From: Escherichia coli
GTDB lineage: Bacteria > Pseudomonadota > Gammaproteobacteria > Enterobacterales > Enterobacteriaceae
Length of the DNA: 64,000 bases
Assembly (NCBI RefSeq): GCF_003334385.1
Contig: NZ_QOWN01000001.1
Reading direction: 5' to 3' (one strand)
Shown: piece after piece, positions 27,752 through 39,464 of the stretch
Numbering within the stretch: position 1 is the stretch's first letter
Layout: every line of letters starts with the position of its first letter
Translations under genes and position numbers: made by a program
The notes under the pieces: model-generated
What the model saw: only the letters and a program-made list of their open reading frames with translations
The model's database searches: none
What the model was told of the DNA's origin: nothing

Positions 27752-28768
27752 GTGGACTCATTTCCTGCCATAGAGATAGATAAAGTTAAAGCCTGGGATT
27801 TTCGGCTAGCTAATATAAATACTTCTGAATGTTTAAATGTTGCCTATGGTGTCGATGCTAATTATCTTGATGGTGTAGGTGTTTCCATCACATCAATTGT
27901 CCTAAATAATCGACATATTAATCTTGATTTTTATATTATTGCTGATGTTTATAATGATGGTTTTTTTCAAAAAATTGCAAAGCTTGCAGAGCAAAACCAA
28001 TTAAGAATCACGTTATATAGAATTAACACTGATAAGCTCCAGTGCTTGCCTTGTACACAGGTCTGGTCAAGAGCAATGTACTTCCGTTTATTTGCATTTC
28101 AATTATTGGGTTTAACGCTTGATCGTTTGCTTTATCTTGATGCAGATGTTGTTTGTAAAGGCGATATTAGCCAACTATTACATCTGGGTTTAAATGGAGC
28201 GGTTGCTGCTGTTGTTAAAGATGTTGAGCCAATGCAAGAAAAGGCGGTATCCAGGTTGTCTGATCCTGAATTACTTGGGCAGTACTTTAATTCCGGTGTC
28301 GTTTATTTAGACTTAAAAAAATGGGCTGACGCAAAACTAACAGAAAAAGCGTTGTCTATTCTTATGAGTAAAGATAATGTTTATAAATACCCTGATCAGG
28401 ATGTTATGAATGTCTTACTGAAAGGGATGACATTATTTTTGCCTCGTGAGTACAATACAATTTATACAATTAAAAGTGAATTAAAAGACAAAACACATCA
28501 AAACTATAAAAAGCTGATTACAGAAAGTACTCTTCTTATTCATTATACAGGTGCAACTAAACCGTGGCACAAATGGGCAATTTATCCATCGGTAAAATAC
28601 TATAAAATAGCTTTAGAAAATTCCCCCTGGAAAGATGACTCTCCACGAGATGCGAAATCAATTATTGAATTTAAAAAAAGATATAAACATCTTTTAGTGC
28701 AACATCATTATATCTCAGGAATTATAGCAGGAGTCTGTTATCTTTGCCGAAAATATTACCGTAAATAA
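27752..28768 (+). CDS. waaJ: LPS core alpha-1,2-glucosyltransferase (GT8 family)
   Basis: 338-aa ORF from GTG (MDSFPAIEIDKVKAWDF...); paralogous to waaO. Confidence 0.9.
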   Translation: MDSFPAIEIDKVKAWDFRLANINTSECLNVAYGVDANYLDGVGVSITSIVLNNRHINLDFYIIADVYNDGFFQKIAKLAEQNQLRITLYRINTDKLQCLPCTQVWSRAMYFRLFAFQLLGLTLDRLLYLDADVVCKGDISQLLHLGLNGAVAAVVKDVEPMQEKAVSRLSDPELLGQYFNSGVVYLDLKKWADAKLTEKALSILMSKDNVYKYPDQDVMNVLLKGMTLFLPREYNTIYTIKSELKDKTHQNYKKLITESTLLIHYTGATKPWHKWAIYPSVKYYKIALENSPWKDDSPRDAKSIIEFKKRYKHLLVQHHYISGIIAGVCYLCRKYYRK

Positions 28769-28785
28769 CATTTAACTGGTTTATT

Positions 28786-29484
28786 ATGATTCAGAAGAGC
28801 AAGATCAAAGACTTGGTTGTTTTTACCGATGAAAACAATTCAAAGTACCTCAATGTATTAAATGACTTCTTGTCTTATAATATAAATATCATCAAGGTTT
28901 TTCGTTCTATTGATGATACAAAAGTTATGCTTATTGATACCGATTACGGTAAATTGATTCTTAAGGTTTTTTCTCCGAAAGTTAAGCGTAACGAACGTTT
29001 CTTTAAGTCTCTGTTAAAAGGTGATTATTACGAACGCCTTTTTGAGCAAACCCAAAAAGTACGAAATGAAGGGTTAAATACACTCAATGACTTTTATTTA
29101 TTGGCTGAACGGAAAACCTTACGTTTTGTCCATACTTATATCATGATCATCGAGTATATTGATGGCATAGAGTTGTGTGATATGCCCGATATTGATGATG
29201 CGCTAAAAAATAAAATTCAGCAATCAATTAATGCCTTACATCAACATGGCATGGTTTCTGGCGACCCCCATCGTGGTAACTTCATTATAAAAAATGGTGA
29301 GGTTCGAATTATCGATCTCTCCGGAAAGCGTGCTTCAGCGCAGCGTAAAGCGAAAGATCGTATTGACTTAGAGCGTCATTACGGTATTAAAAATGAGATT
29401 AGAGATCTAGGCTATTATCTTTTAGTATATCGTAAAAAAATGCGCAATTTTATGCGGCGTTTGAAAGGGAAACCAGCGCGCTAA
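28786..29484 (+). CDS. waaY: LPS core heptose(II) kinase
   Basis: 232-aa ORF, kinase-like. Confidence 0.88.
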   Translation: MIQKSKIKDLVVFTDENNSKYLNVLNDFLSYNINIIKVFRSIDDTKVMLIDTDYGKLILKVFSPKVKRNERFFKSLLKGDYYERLFEQTQKVRNEGLNTLNDFYLLAERKTLRFVHTYIMIIEYIDGIELCDMPDIDDALKNKIQQSINALHQHGMVSGDPHRGNFIIKNGEVRIIDLSGKRASAQRKAKDRIDLERHYGIKNEIRDLGYYLLVYRKKMRNFMRRLKGKPAR

Positions 29485-29554
29485 AAAAAATCCCACAATT
29501 ACATGTCTTCACCAGGACAGTTTTAAGCGGAGTTATTTATTTCACAGGTTTATC

Positions 29555-30406
29555 ATGAAGAATATTAGATACATTGACAAAAAAGATGTTGAAAACCTGA
29601 TTGAAAATAAAACATCTGATGATGTTATTATTTTTCTTTCGGGCCCTACATCGCAAAAAACACCTTTGTCAGTATTACGAACAAAGGATATTATTGCTGT
29701 CAATGGTTCTGCGCAATATCTGTTAAGTAATAATATCGTTCCTTTTATATATGTACTTACAGATGTCCGATTTTTACATCAGCGTCGTGATGATTTTTAT
29801 AAATTTAGCCAGAGAAGTCGTTATACCATAGTAAACGTTGACGTTTATGAACACGCTTCCAAAGAAGATAAACTTTATATCCTCCAGAACTGCCTCGTAT
29901 TACGGTCCTTTTACCGTCGGGAAAAAGGTGGTTTTATAAAGAAGATTAAATTTAATATTTTGAGACAGATTCACAAAGAACTGCTGATCTCTGTACCGTT
30001 GTCTAAAAAAGGTCGTCTGGTTGGATTTTGCAAGGACATTAGTCTTGGTTATTGCTCATGCCATACTATTGCCTTTGCTGCAATTCAAATCGCATATTCA
30101 CTTAAGTATGCGCGGATTATTTGTTCTGGTCTTGATTTAACGGGTAGCTGTTCTCGTTTCTATGATGAGAATAAAAATCCCATGCCCTCGGAATTAAGTA
30201 GGGATTTATTCAAAATATTGCCATTTTTTCGTTTTATGCATGATAATGTAAAAGATATTAATATTTATAATTTATCAGATGATACAGCTATTTCTTACGA
30301 TGTAATTCCATTTATTAAACTTCAAGACATCAGTGCAGAAGAATCAAAAGATATGACAAGGAAAAAAATGCAATATAGAACTTCAACCGATTCTTATGCT
30401 AATTAA
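29555..30406 (+). CDS. waaZ: LPS core biosynthesis protein WaaZ
   Basis: 283-aa ORF, AT-rich; position and size fit K-12 waaZ. Confidence 0.85.
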   Translation: MKNIRYIDKKDVENLIENKTSDDVIIFLSGPTSQKTPLSVLRTKDIIAVNGSAQYLLSNNIVPFIYVLTDVRFLHQRRDDFYKFSQRSRYTIVNVDVYEHASKEDKLYILQNCLVLRSFYRREKGGFIKKIKFNILRQIHKELLISVPLSKKGRLVGFCKDISLGYCSCHTIAFAAIQIAYSLKYARIICSGLDLTGSCSRFYDENKNPMPSELSRDLFKILPFFRFMHDNVKDINIYNLSDDTAISYDVIPFIKLQDISAEESKDMTRKKMQYRTSTDSYAN

Positions 30407-30438
30407 TCATCCTGAAACTAAAATAATATGGTATAAAA

Positions 30439-31512
30439 ATGCGCTTAGGAACTTTTCACAAAAAGAAAAGATTTTATATAAACAAAATCAAGATTAATTT
30501 CCTTTCTTTTTTATTTCGTAATAAAATAAATAATCAAATTACAGATCCAGCACAAGTTAAATCATGCCTTATTATTCATGATAATAATAAACTTGGTGAT
30601 CTAATTGTATTAAGTTCGATTTATCGTGAACTTTATAGTAAAGGGGTTAAAATAACTCTTCTCACAAATAGAAAGGGTGGGGAATTTCTCTCTAATAATA
30701 AAAATATATTTGAGTTCTGTATTAAAGAATCAACCGGTTTTCTTGAAATGCTTACTCTATGTAAGCATCTGCGGGATTTACAGTTCGATATTGTATTAGA
30801 CCCCTTTGAAACTATGCCCTCATTTAAGCATAGCTTAATATTATCAAGTTTAAAAGATTCTTACATTCTGGGTTTTGATCATTGGTATAAGCGTTACTAT
30901 TCATTTTACCATCCCCACGATGAATGTTTAAAAGAACATATGAGTACACGAGCAATAGAAATACTGAAGCATATTTATGGTGAGGGTAAATTTTCCACCA
31001 ACTACGACTTGCATTTACCAGTAGATGTTGAAGATAAAATAAAAGAATTTATTGGAGATACAAGAATAGTCATTATTAATCCATTAGGTGCAAAAAAAAT
31101 ATGCCGTCTTACGTTTGAGCAAATAAAAGTTATATATCAAGAAGTGAAAACACACTTTGAAAATTATCGGATTATATTTACCGGGTTACCGCAAGATTTA
31201 TTGACAATACCAATACTTGAAATCGAAACACTACCATTTGATGAGTTTATTTATACCGTTGCGTTGACCAAGTATAGTGATTTTGTCATTTCTGTTGATA
31301 CAGCTCTTGTTCATATCGCTGCGGCTTATCATAAACCAACGCTTGCATTTTACCCTAATTCACGTACTCCGGAATATCCCTCGCATTTAATTTGGTCCCC
31401 GAATCATCATAAATCTATACAAATAGTATCCCCAACATATACGGTAAAAGATATCGATACTGAAACTTTAACTAATTCAGTAAAGAGATTAAGTTGTATA
31501 GATAAGAAGTGA
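30439..31512 (+). CDS. waaU: LPS core heptosyltransferase IV
   Basis: 357-aa ORF; last gene of the long waaQ operon. Confidence 0.88.
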   Translation: MRLGTFHKKKRFYINKIKINFLSFLFRNKINNQITDPAQVKSCLIIHDNNKLGDLIVLSSIYRELYSKGVKITLLTNRKGGEFLSNNKNIFEFCIKESTGFLEMLTLCKHLRDLQFDIVLDPFETMPSFKHSLILSSLKDSYILGFDHWYKRYYSFYHPHDECLKEHMSTRAIEILKHIYGEGKFSTNYDLHLPVDVEDKIKEFIGDTRIVIINPLGAKKICRLTFEQIKVIYQEVKTHFENYRIIFTGLPQDLLTIPILEIETLPFDEFIYTVALTKYSDFVISVDTALVHIAAAYHKPTLAFYPNSRTPEYPSHLIWSPNHHKSIQIVSPTYTVKDIDTETLTNSVKRLSCIDKK

Positions 31513-31526
31513 GTTTTAACTCACTT
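31507..31526. terminator. Hairpin between convergent waaU and waaL
   Basis: Inverted repeat AAGTGAG-ttttaa-CTCACTT spanning the waaU stop codon. Confidence 0.45.
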
Positions 31527-31543
31527 CTTAAACTTGTTTATTC

Positions 31544-32803
31544 TTAATTAATTGTATTGTTACGATTATTAATGACGAGTAAGAGGACTATAGCGGATAT
31601 AATGATAATTGGAATGCTGCGTGCCCATATGATCACATCACTGAGTCCAATCCCCACAATGCCAAGCGTTAATATCAACAAACCCAAAGCTCGTTTTTTA
31701 TATGCTATATAAAATAGTGAAAAATAGAGGAAAAGTGTGGAAAAAATTCCCATCAGACCTTTCAGTGACCCTGCTTCAATTATCTCATTATGTAGATGTA
31801 CGTTAGAAAACTCCAATGCCCCTCTTAGCCTATTGTGTTCTGCAACTAACAAATTCATACTTTCAGCGCGTGACTCTGCTGATCTAAATGAAAAAGGTGA
31901 CTTTATGAATATATTTAAACCAATTTCGTACATTGCCAGTCTTGCACCTAGGGAAGTAACACTATTAGCATTGGTATAACTGTTTAAGTCATTTAATGCT
32001 TCATTATAGCGATTCTGTATTGGTTTATTAAATATAATAACAATGCTAGCTAATATAGCAATTAGTAGAACAATAGAGGAAGTGAATTTCTTGGGTGATT
32101 TATTATAATAAGCTATTAATGCAGCAACACAAATTATAGGGAACAGGAGTAGGGTTGCTCTGGTTTGTGTTAGCGCCAGAACATAAAGTACCGCGCAACT
32201 ATTTAATAAAAATAAAAAAGGATGATTTTTCTTAGTATAAAGAATCGCAACGCCACTAACTATCCCTATTAGCATTGTTGAATATGCTGCTCCTGTTGCC
32301 GTTCCTACACCAAAAGAAATGCGGTCATTTTCATGAATGCTATTAATATACATTGCATATCCAGCAATTAGAAATGACAGAGAATACAAAGTGTATAATA
32401 CACTCTCTTTTTTTGATTTTAGCTGGCTAGTTAGTGTCAAGAAAACAATAAAAGAACCAAATATAAATATTTTGGCAGTATTTAAATAACTATGGTAAGT
32501 AGCACGAAATGGCGAATTATCTACTTTAAACGCAGAATACCAAATTAAATCAAGCAAGCCTATTAAAAATATAGAAAGGGGAAGAATAAGGTTTTTTATA
32601 TTATAATTTTCTTGTCTGCCACGTAAAATTAGTGACAATAAGCAAACTATAGCAGTGATATTATATATTTTTATGCTGAAAGTATTATCGACGAATGCAA
32701 TTATCATTGAAAAAAAACATAATATATAAGTTATTATCTCTAAAATCATTGATGATTTCAGAGTGTAAGGTTTCAATGAATGAAGTTTAAAGGATGTTAG
32801 CAT
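31544..32803 (-). CDS. waaL: O-antigen ligase
   Basis: 419-aa polytopic membrane ORF, very AT-rich. Confidence 0.9.
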   Translation of the reverse strand: MLTSFKLHSLKPYTLKSSMILEIITYILCFFSMIIAFVDNTFSIKIYNITAIVCLLSLILRGRQENYNIKNLILPLSIFLIGLLDLIWYSAFKVDNSPFRATYHSYLNTAKIFIFGSFIVFLTLTSQLKSKKESVLYTLYSLSFLIAGYAMYINSIHENDRISFGVGTATGAAYSTMLIGIVSGVAILYTKKNHPFLFLLNSCAVLYVLALTQTRATLLLFPIICVAALIAYYNKSPKKFTSSIVLLIAILASIVIIFNKPIQNRYNEALNDLNSYTNANSVTSLGARLAMYEIGLNIFIKSPFSFRSAESRAESMNLLVAEHNRLRGALEFSNVHLHNEIIEAGSLKGLMGIFSTLFLYFSLFYIAYKKRALGLLILTLGIVGIGLSDVIIWARSIPIIIISAIVLLLVINNRNNTIN

Positions 32804-32812
32804 GTTTTACCT

Positions 32813-33772
32813 TTATAATGATGATAACTTTTCCAAAACTGCTTGACTGTTGAGGTTAATTAAATTTTCTCTTGGAGCCCTACATACCATCTGATTCTTC
32901 CCATACCCACCAATTAATCCCGGATCGGTTGGTCCATAAACCGTGATATTGGGTCTATCCAGTGCCGCCGTTAAATGGCTTAACCCCGTATCCACCGACA
33001 CTACAAATTTAGCCCCGGCCAGCACGCGGGCAACGCCTTCCAGACTCATCTTCGGCAATACTTCAACATAAGCAAATCCTTCCGCCAGTCGTTTCGCCCG
33101 TTCTTCCTCATGCGGCGCGCCCCACGGAAGTTTAATCCGTATTCCTGAATCAGCCAGTAAACCAATCAATTCTCGCCAGTGTTCTTCCGGCCAGTGTTTA
33201 TCATCACGGGTCGTCGCATGAAGAAATACGGCATATTCGCCAGCATCTGTAGGCAGGTTCGTCAGAAAATGCTGTGCGATAGCATAATCGCCCTGGGTTT
33301 GCGGTTTGCTATAGCCCAAACTTTTGGCAAACAGTTCGCGGGTGCGTTCTACGGCGTGCTGCTGTTTTGCAATATGATGCTTACGATTGTAAAACAGGCT
33401 GGCTAAAGGTTCGCGAGCGGTTTGCCAGTCCATGCCATGCTTTACGCCATGCGCCAGACGCGTCACCAGCGCCGCGCTTTTTACCAGCCCCTGAGCGTCG
33501 ATAACTGCGTCATAGTTCTCTGCTTGTAGCGCTTCACGAAACGCTTTGCGTTCCGCTTTTATGGGGGCCGAGAACCAGGCTTTACGCCAGCGACGTATTG
33601 CCACAGGAATAACTCGCTCAACGGCAGCGTGCCAGGAAGGAATCTGTGCGAACCCTTCTTCCACCACCCAGTCAAACTTAATCCCTGGGATTGCCTGCTG
33701 GGCATCAGTGAGTGCGGGCAACGTATGGAGAACATCGCCCATCGACGATGTTTTAACGATCAAAACCCGCAT
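32813..33772 (-). CDS. waaC: LPS heptosyltransferase I
   Basis: 319-aa ORF MRVLIVKTSSMGDVLHTLPALTDA... Confidence 0.95.
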   Translation of the reverse strand: MRVLIVKTSSMGDVLHTLPALTDAQQAIPGIKFDWVVEEGFAQIPSWHAAVERVIPVAIRRWRKAWFSAPIKAERKAFREALQAENYDAVIDAQGLVKSAALVTRLAHGVKHGMDWQTAREPLASLFYNRKHHIAKQQHAVERTRELFAKSLGYSKPQTQGDYAIAQHFLTNLPTDAGEYAVFLHATTRDDKHWPEEHWRELIGLLADSGIRIKLPWGAPHEEERAKRLAEGFAYVEVLPKMSLEGVARVLAGAKFVVSVDTGLSHLTAALDRPNITVYGPTDPGLIGGYGKNQMVCRAPRENLINLNSQAVLEKLSSL

Positions 33773-33775
33773 CCG

Positions 33776-34822
33776 TCAGGCTTCCTCTTGTAACAATAGC
33801 GCGTTGAGTTCTTCCAGTACGCGCTGGGGAGTAATGTTGATTAAGCTCTGGTGATAACCCTCCGCAGCGTCACCTTTACGCACTTTGTGATAGCCGGTAA
33901 TCAAACGGATCACGCGCGCTTTATGGGATAGCGGCGGTGTGAAGTCCGGGCTACTCGGACCATACAGGGCAACCAGCGGACGATTGAGCGCCGCCGCAAC
34001 ATGCATCAGGCCAGAATCGTTAGTGACAATGGCTTTACAGGCTGCAATCAGGATAACCGCTTGATCAAGCTGTGTTTCCCCCGCCAGGTTCCGACACCAT
34101 GCCTGCTGCTCGGTATTCAAAGCGGCAAGAATCTCATTGCCCGCTTCATGATCTTTCGCCGAGCCAAACAGAACCACCTGATAACCTTCATCAATCAGCT
34201 GCTTTGCCAGCTCCGCATAGTGGTAGTGTGGCCAGCGTTTTGCCGGACCAAACTCCGCACCCGGGCAAAAACCAATCATCGGACGTTCTGATGAAAGCGA
34301 AAATTGATTACAGGTATATGATTTTTCACCTTCGCTCACCTGCAACTGCGGCCATAACAATGGCTGCGGCAGATCTTGTGCTGTGCGCATAATGCCTTTG
34401 TCATAGGCCAGCGCTATATAGCGTTCCACCATTAGCGGCCAGGCTTCTTTATCGAGCACGCGTACATCGTTGAGTAAACCGTAGCGCATCTCGCCGCGCC
34501 AGCCGGTGCGATGAGGAATACCCGCGAAGAAAGGCACTAATGCAGATTTGAAGGAGTTGGGTAAGACGTAGGCGCGGTCGTAGCGCTTTTCACGCAGGCT
34601 ATGACCCAGTTTGCGGCGTTCGCCGATTTCCAGCGCTCCGTGACCGAGAGGCATAGGAATAGCTTCGTTAACTTCCGGCATCCGCGATAATAATGGACGG
34701 CACCATGCCGGTGCCATCACATCGATTATCGCCTGGGGATAGCGCGCCTGGAGCGTGCGATAGAGACTTTGCGACATCATCATGTCGCCAACCCAAGACG
34801 GGCCGATCACCAGTATTTTCAT
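33776..34822 (-). CDS. waaF: LPS heptosyltransferase II
   Basis: 348-aa ORF MKILVIGPSWVGDMMMSQSLY... Confidence 0.95.
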   Translation of the reverse strand: MKILVIGPSWVGDMMMSQSLYRTLQARYPQAIIDVMAPAWCRPLLSRMPEVNEAIPMPLGHGALEIGERRKLGHSLREKRYDRAYVLPNSFKSALVPFFAGIPHRTGWRGEMRYGLLNDVRVLDKEAWPLMVERYIALAYDKGIMRTAQDLPQPLLWPQLQVSEGEKSYTCNQFSLSSERPMIGFCPGAEFGPAKRWPHYHYAELAKQLIDEGYQVVLFGSAKDHEAGNEILAALNTEQQAWCRNLAGETQLDQAVILIAACKAIVTNDSGLMHVAAALNRPLVALYGPSSPDFTPPLSHKARVIRLITGYHKVRKGDAAEGYHQSLINITPQRVLEELNALLLQEEA

Positions 34823-34831
34823 GCAGAGCTC

Positions 34832-35764
34832 TTATGCGTCGCGATTCAGCCAGGCCATGTATTCCGTTACACCTTCAGCAACGGTTTTGAACGGTTTGTC
34901 GTAACCCGCCGCGCGCAGATTTGTCAGATCTGCCTGAGTGAACGCCTGATAGCGGCCTTTCAGTTTATCCGGGAACGGAATGTATTCGATCTGGCCTTTC
35001 TTGTGATAAGCCAGCGTAGCATCAGCTACCGCCTGGAAGGATTCCGCACGACCAGTACCGAGATTGAAGATGCCGGAAACGCCATTTTCCAGGAACCACA
35101 GATTCACATCAGCCACGTCGCCCACATAGACGAAGTCGCGTTTGAAGTTCTCGCTACCTTCAAACAGCTTCGGTGATTCACCGTTGTTAAGCTGGGTGTT
35201 GAGATGGAAAGCGACGCTCGCCATGCTGCCTTTATGGCCTTCACGCGGTCCATAAACGTTGAAATAACGGAAGCCAACAATCTGCGAGTTCGCTTCAGGC
35301 AGGATTTGACGAACATATTCATCAAACAGGAATTTTGAGTAACCGTAGACGTTCAACGGTTTTTCGTACTCGCGGGATTCAATAAAGTCGGAGGTGCGTC
35401 CGCCGTAGGTGGCTGCGGAAGAAGCGTACAGGAACGGGATTTCACGCTCCAGGCAGTAGTGCAGCAGCTCCTTGGAGTATTGATAGTTGTTATCCATCAT
35501 ATACTTGCCGTCCCACTCGGTGGTGGAAGAGCACGCGCCTTCGTGGAAAATCGCTTCGACATCGCCGAACTCTTCGCCAGCCATAATCTGGATCAGGAAG
35601 TCTTCCTTATCCATATAGTCTGCGATATTCAGATCCACCAGGTTCACAAACTTGGTGCCGTCTTTCAGGTTGTCCACCACCAGAATATCGGTGATGCCTT
35701 TATCATTCAGGGCTTTAACGATGTTGCTGCCGATAAAGCCCGCGCCGCCGGTAACGATGATCAT
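34832..35764 (-). CDS. hldD: ADP-L-glycero-D-manno-heptose 6-epimerase
   Basis: 310-aa [23 protein letters not shown]... with Rossmann GxGxxG; first gene of hldD-waaFCL. Confidence 0.96.
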
Positions 35765-36067
35765 AACTGTAACCTTCGAATTATGGAGTCAGAGACAATC
35801 TCAGACACGAATGTCTGTAATCATACCATCACATCCGAATCCCTTCAGCCCTTTACATAGAGGTGCAAGGATGCTAATTGCAACAAACTAGTTTGGGTTT
35901 TAGCTAGTCCTTCATGGCGGATGTTGGTTTTGCATGTGAATAGTGCTTTAGTATCAATATTCCGATGTATGATAAATAACGGAAGCATTTGAATGGATAA
36001 TATACAGTATACATTCTATTAATATTTATGATATAATTCTTTTTTTATATTAATGGTCTTATTAGTA

Positions 36068-36925
36068 ATGAAATCATCCACCACAATTATCACTGCATAT
36101 TTTGACATTGGTAGAGGGGATTGGACTGCTAATAAAGGGTTCCGTGAAAAACTAGCTCGTTCAGTTGATGTTTATTTTAGTTACTTTGAGCGTCTGGCCG
36201 CACTTGAAAATGAGATGATTATTTTCACTTCTCCCGATTTGAAACCAAGGGTTGAAGCGATTCGCAACGGAAAACCAACAACGGTTATCGTTATCGATAT
36301 AAAAAAGAAATTTAGATATATCAGAAGTCGTATCGAAAAAATTCAAAAAGATGAGTCGTTTACAAATAGACTTGAGCCTCGACAATTAAAAAAACCAGAG
36401 TACTGGTCACCAGAGTATGTTTTGGTATGTAACCTTAAGGCCTATTTTGTAAATAAAGCTATCAACATGGGCTTAGTGAAAACGCCTCTTGTTGCGTGGA
36501 TAGATTTTGGCTATTGCCGTAAGCCAAATGTAACTCGAGGATTGAAAATTTGGGATTTCCCATTTGATGAAAGTAAGATGCATCTTTTCACTATAAAAAA
36601 AGGGCTTACTGTCACATCTCAACAACAGGTTTTTGATTTCATGATTGGCAATCATGTATATATTATTGGGGGCGCAATTGTTGGTTCACAGCATAAATGG
36701 AAAGAATTCTATAAATTAGTTCTGGAAAGTCAAAAAATAACACTAAATAATAACATTGTGGACGATGACCAGGGCATTTTTGTCATGTGCTATTACAAAC
36801 GCCCCGATCTCTTCAACCTAAACTATCTGGGGAGAGGAAAATGGTTCGATTTGTTTCGCTGCTTCAGGAGTAACACTTTAGGGGCAAAAATGCAGGCGCT
36901 GAGAATTTTCCTTTCAAGAAAATAG
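36068..36925 (+). CDS. htrL: HtrL (YibB) protein
   Basis: ORF track frame from ATG 36053; start placed at ATG 36068 (MKSSTTIITAYFDIGRGDW...) by recollection of a 285-aa product, start choice uncertain; AT-rich gene. Confidence 0.8.
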   Translation: MKSSTTIITAYFDIGRGDWTANKGFREKLARSVDVYFSYFERLAALENEMIIFTSPDLKPRVEAIRNGKPTTVIVIDIKKKFRYIRSRIEKIQKDESFTNRLEPRQLKKPEYWSPEYVLVCNLKAYFVNKAINMGLVKTPLVAWIDFGYCRKPNVTRGLKIWDFPFDESKMHLFTIKKGLTVTSQQQVFDFMIGNHVYIIGGAIVGSQHKWKEFYKLVLESQKITLNNNIVDDDQGIFVMCYYKRPDLFNLNYLGRGKWFDLFRCFRSNTLGAKMQALRIFLSRK

Positions 36926-37199
36926 GTTTCCCTCCATTAGTGGGTAGCGTTTTGATACCAACTGAGATAGGAAAAATGATGCTTTGGCATCATTTTTTCT
37001 TTTTATATCAATGCAGTAAAATCAATCATCATTATGCCCAGCCAAAACTGTACAGCTTTTCTACTATCTGTAGGTGTTGAGAGACATCAAGTTACACGTT
37101 ATTTATCCTGAATTTTGCAGAAGTGTTAACGCGTTATCTCGTCGCGACCTATAAGTTTGGGTAATATGTGCTGGAATTTGCCCTGTCTGGAGAATCGCA

Positions 37200-38396
37200 A
37201 TGCGTGGAGAATTTTATCAGCAGTTAACCAACGATCTGGAAACCGCACGGGCGGAAGGGTTGTTTAAAGAAGAGCGCATTATTACGTCTGCGCAGCAAGC
37301 AGATATCACTGTGGCTGATGGAAGCCACGTCATTAACTTTTGTGCCAACAACTATCTCGGGCTGGCGAATCATCCTGATCTGATTGCGGCGGCAAAGGCG
37401 GGAATGGATTCTCACGGTTTCGGCATGGCTTCGGTGCGTTTTATTTGCGGCACTCAGGACAGCCATAAAGAGCTTGAACAAAAACTGGCGGCCTTCCTGG
37501 GGATGGAAGATGCGATTCTCTACTCTTCCTGCTTTGATGCTAACGGTGGCCTGTTTGAAACGCTTCTGGGTGCGGAAGACGCCATTATCTCCGACGCACT
37601 GAACCACGCGTCTATTATTGATGGTGTGCGTCTGTGCAAAGCTAAACGCTATCGCTATGCCAACAACGATATGCAGGAGCTGGAAGCACGTCTGAAAGAA
37701 GCGCGTGAAGCCGGTGCGCGTCATGTGCTGATCGCCACCGATGGTGTGTTCTCAATGGACGGCGTGATTGCCAACCTGAAGGGCGTTTGCGATCTGGCAG
37801 ATAAATATGATGCCCTGGTGATGGTAGACGACTCCCACGCGGTCGGTTTTGTCGGTGAAAATGGTCGTGGTTCCCATGAATACTGCGATGTGATGGGCCG
37901 GGTCGATATTATCACCGGTACGCTTGGTAAAGCGCTGGGCGGGGCTTCTGGTGGTTATACCGCGGCGCGCAAAGAAGTGGTTGAGTGGCTGCGCCAGCGT
38001 TCTCGTCCGTACCTGTTCTCCAACTCGCTGGCACCGGCCATTGTTGCCGCGTCCATCAAAGTACTGGAGATGGTCGAAGCGGGCAGCGAACTGCGTGACC
38101 GTCTGTGGGCGAACGCGCGTCAGTTCCGTGAGCAAATGTCGGCGGCGGGCTTTACCCTGGCGGGAGCCGATCACGCCATTATTCCGGTCATGCTTGGTGA
38201 TGCGGTAGTGGCGCAGAAATTTGCCCGTGAGCTGCAAAAAGAGGGCATTTACGTTACCGGTTTCTTCTATCCGGTCGTTCCGAAAGGTCAGGCGCGTATT
38301 CGTACCCAGATGTCTGCGGCGCATACCCCTGAGCAAATTACGCGTGCAGTAGAAGCATTTACGCGTATTGGTAAACAACTGGGCGTTATCGCCTGA
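37200..38396 (+). CDS. kbl: 2-amino-3-ketobutyrate CoA ligase (glycine C-acetyltransferase)
   Basis: 398-aa ORF recognised as Kbl. Confidence 0.96.
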   Translation: MRGEFYQQLTNDLETARAEGLFKEERIITSAQQADITVADGSHVINFCANNYLGLANHPDLIAAAKAGMDSHGFGMASVRFICGTQDSHKELEQKLAAFLGMEDAILYSSCFDANGGLFETLLGAEDAIISDALNHASIIDGVRLCKAKRYRYANNDMQELEARLKEAREAGARHVLIATDGVFSMDGVIANLKGVCDLADKYDALVMVDDSHAVGFVGENGRGSHEYCDVMGRVDIITGTLGKALGGASGGYTAARKEVVEWLRQRSRPYLFSNSLAPAIVAASIKVLEMVEAGSELRDRLWANARQFREQMSAAGFTLAGADHAIIPVMLGDAVVAQKFARELQKEGIYVTGFFYPVVPKGQARIRTQMSAAHTPEQITRAVEAFTRIGKQLGVIA

Positions 38397-38405
38397 GGAT
38401 GTGAG

Positions 38406-39431
38406 ATGAAAGCGTTATCCAAACTGAAAGCGGAAGAGGGCATCTGGATGACCGACGTTCCTGTACCGGAACTCGGGCATAACGATCTGCTGATTAAAAT
38501 CCGTAAAACAGCCATCTGCGGGACTGACGTTCACATCTATAACTGGGATGAGTGGTCGCAAAAAACCATCCCGGTGCCGATGGTCGTGGGCCATGAATAT
38601 GTCGGTGAAGTGGTAGGTATTGGTCAGGAAGTGAAAGGCTTCAAGATCGGCGATCGCGTTTCTGGCGAAGGCCATATCACCTGTGGTCATTGCCGCAACT
38701 GTCGTGGTGGTCGTACCCATTTGTGCCGCAACACGATAGGCGTTGGTGTTAATCGCCCGGGCTGCTTTGCCGAATATCTGGTGATCCCGGCATTCAACGC
38801 CTTCAAAATCCCCGACAATATTTCCGATGACTTAGCCGCAATTTTTGATCCCTTCGGTAACGCCGTGCATACCGCGCTGTCGTTTGATCTGGTGGGCGAA
38901 GATGTGCTGGTTTCTGGTGCAGGCCCGATTGGTATTATGGCAGCGGCGGTGGCGAAACACGTTGGTGCACGCAATGTGGTGATCACTGATGTTAACGAAT
39001 ACCGCCTTGAGCTGGCGCGTAAAATGGGTATCACCCGTGCGGTTAACGTCGCCAAAGAAAATCTCAATGACGTGATGGCGGAGTTAGGCATGACCGAAGG
39101 TTTTGATGTCGGTCTGGAAATGTCCGGTGCGCCGCCAGCGTTTCGTACCATGCTTGACACCATGAACCACGGCGGCCGTATTGCGATGCTGGGTATTCCG
39201 CCGTCTGATATGTCTATCGACTGGACCAAAGTGATCTTTAAAGGCTTGTTCATTAAAGGTATTTACGGTCGTGAGATGTTTGAAACCTGGTACAAGATGG
39301 CGGCGCTGATTCAGTCTGGCCTCGATCTTTCGCCGATCATTACCCATCGTTTCTCTATCGATGATTTCCAGAAGGGCTTTGACGCTATGCGTTCGGGCCA
39401 GTCCGGGAAAGTTATTCTGAGCTGGGATTAA
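38406..39431 (+). CDS. tdh: L-threonine 3-dehydrogenase
   Basis: 341-aa ORF recognised as Tdh; zinc-ADH Cys pattern. Confidence 0.96.
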   Translation: MKALSKLKAEEGIWMTDVPVPELGHNDLLIKIRKTAICGTDVHIYNWDEWSQKTIPVPMVVGHEYVGEVVGIGQEVKGFKIGDRVSGEGHITCGHCRNCRGGRTHLCRNTIGVGVNRPGCFAEYLVIPAFNAFKIPDNISDDLAAIFDPFGNAVHTALSFDLVGEDVLVSGAGPIGIMAAAVAKHVGARNVVITDVNEYRLELARKMGITRAVNVAKENLNDVMAELGMTEGFDVGLEMSGAPPAFRTMLDTMNHGGRIAMLGIPPSDMSIDWTKVIFKGLFIKGIYGREMFETWYKMAALIQSGLDLSPIITHRFSIDDFQKGFDAMRSGQSGKVILSWD

Positions 39432-39440
39432 CACGAACAA

Positions 39441-39464
39441 GGGCTGGTATTCCAGCCCTTTTAT
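39441..39464 (+). terminator. Intrinsic terminator after kbl-tdh
   Basis: Stem GGGCTGG / CCAGCCC with loop TATT, followed by TTTTAT. Confidence 0.7.
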
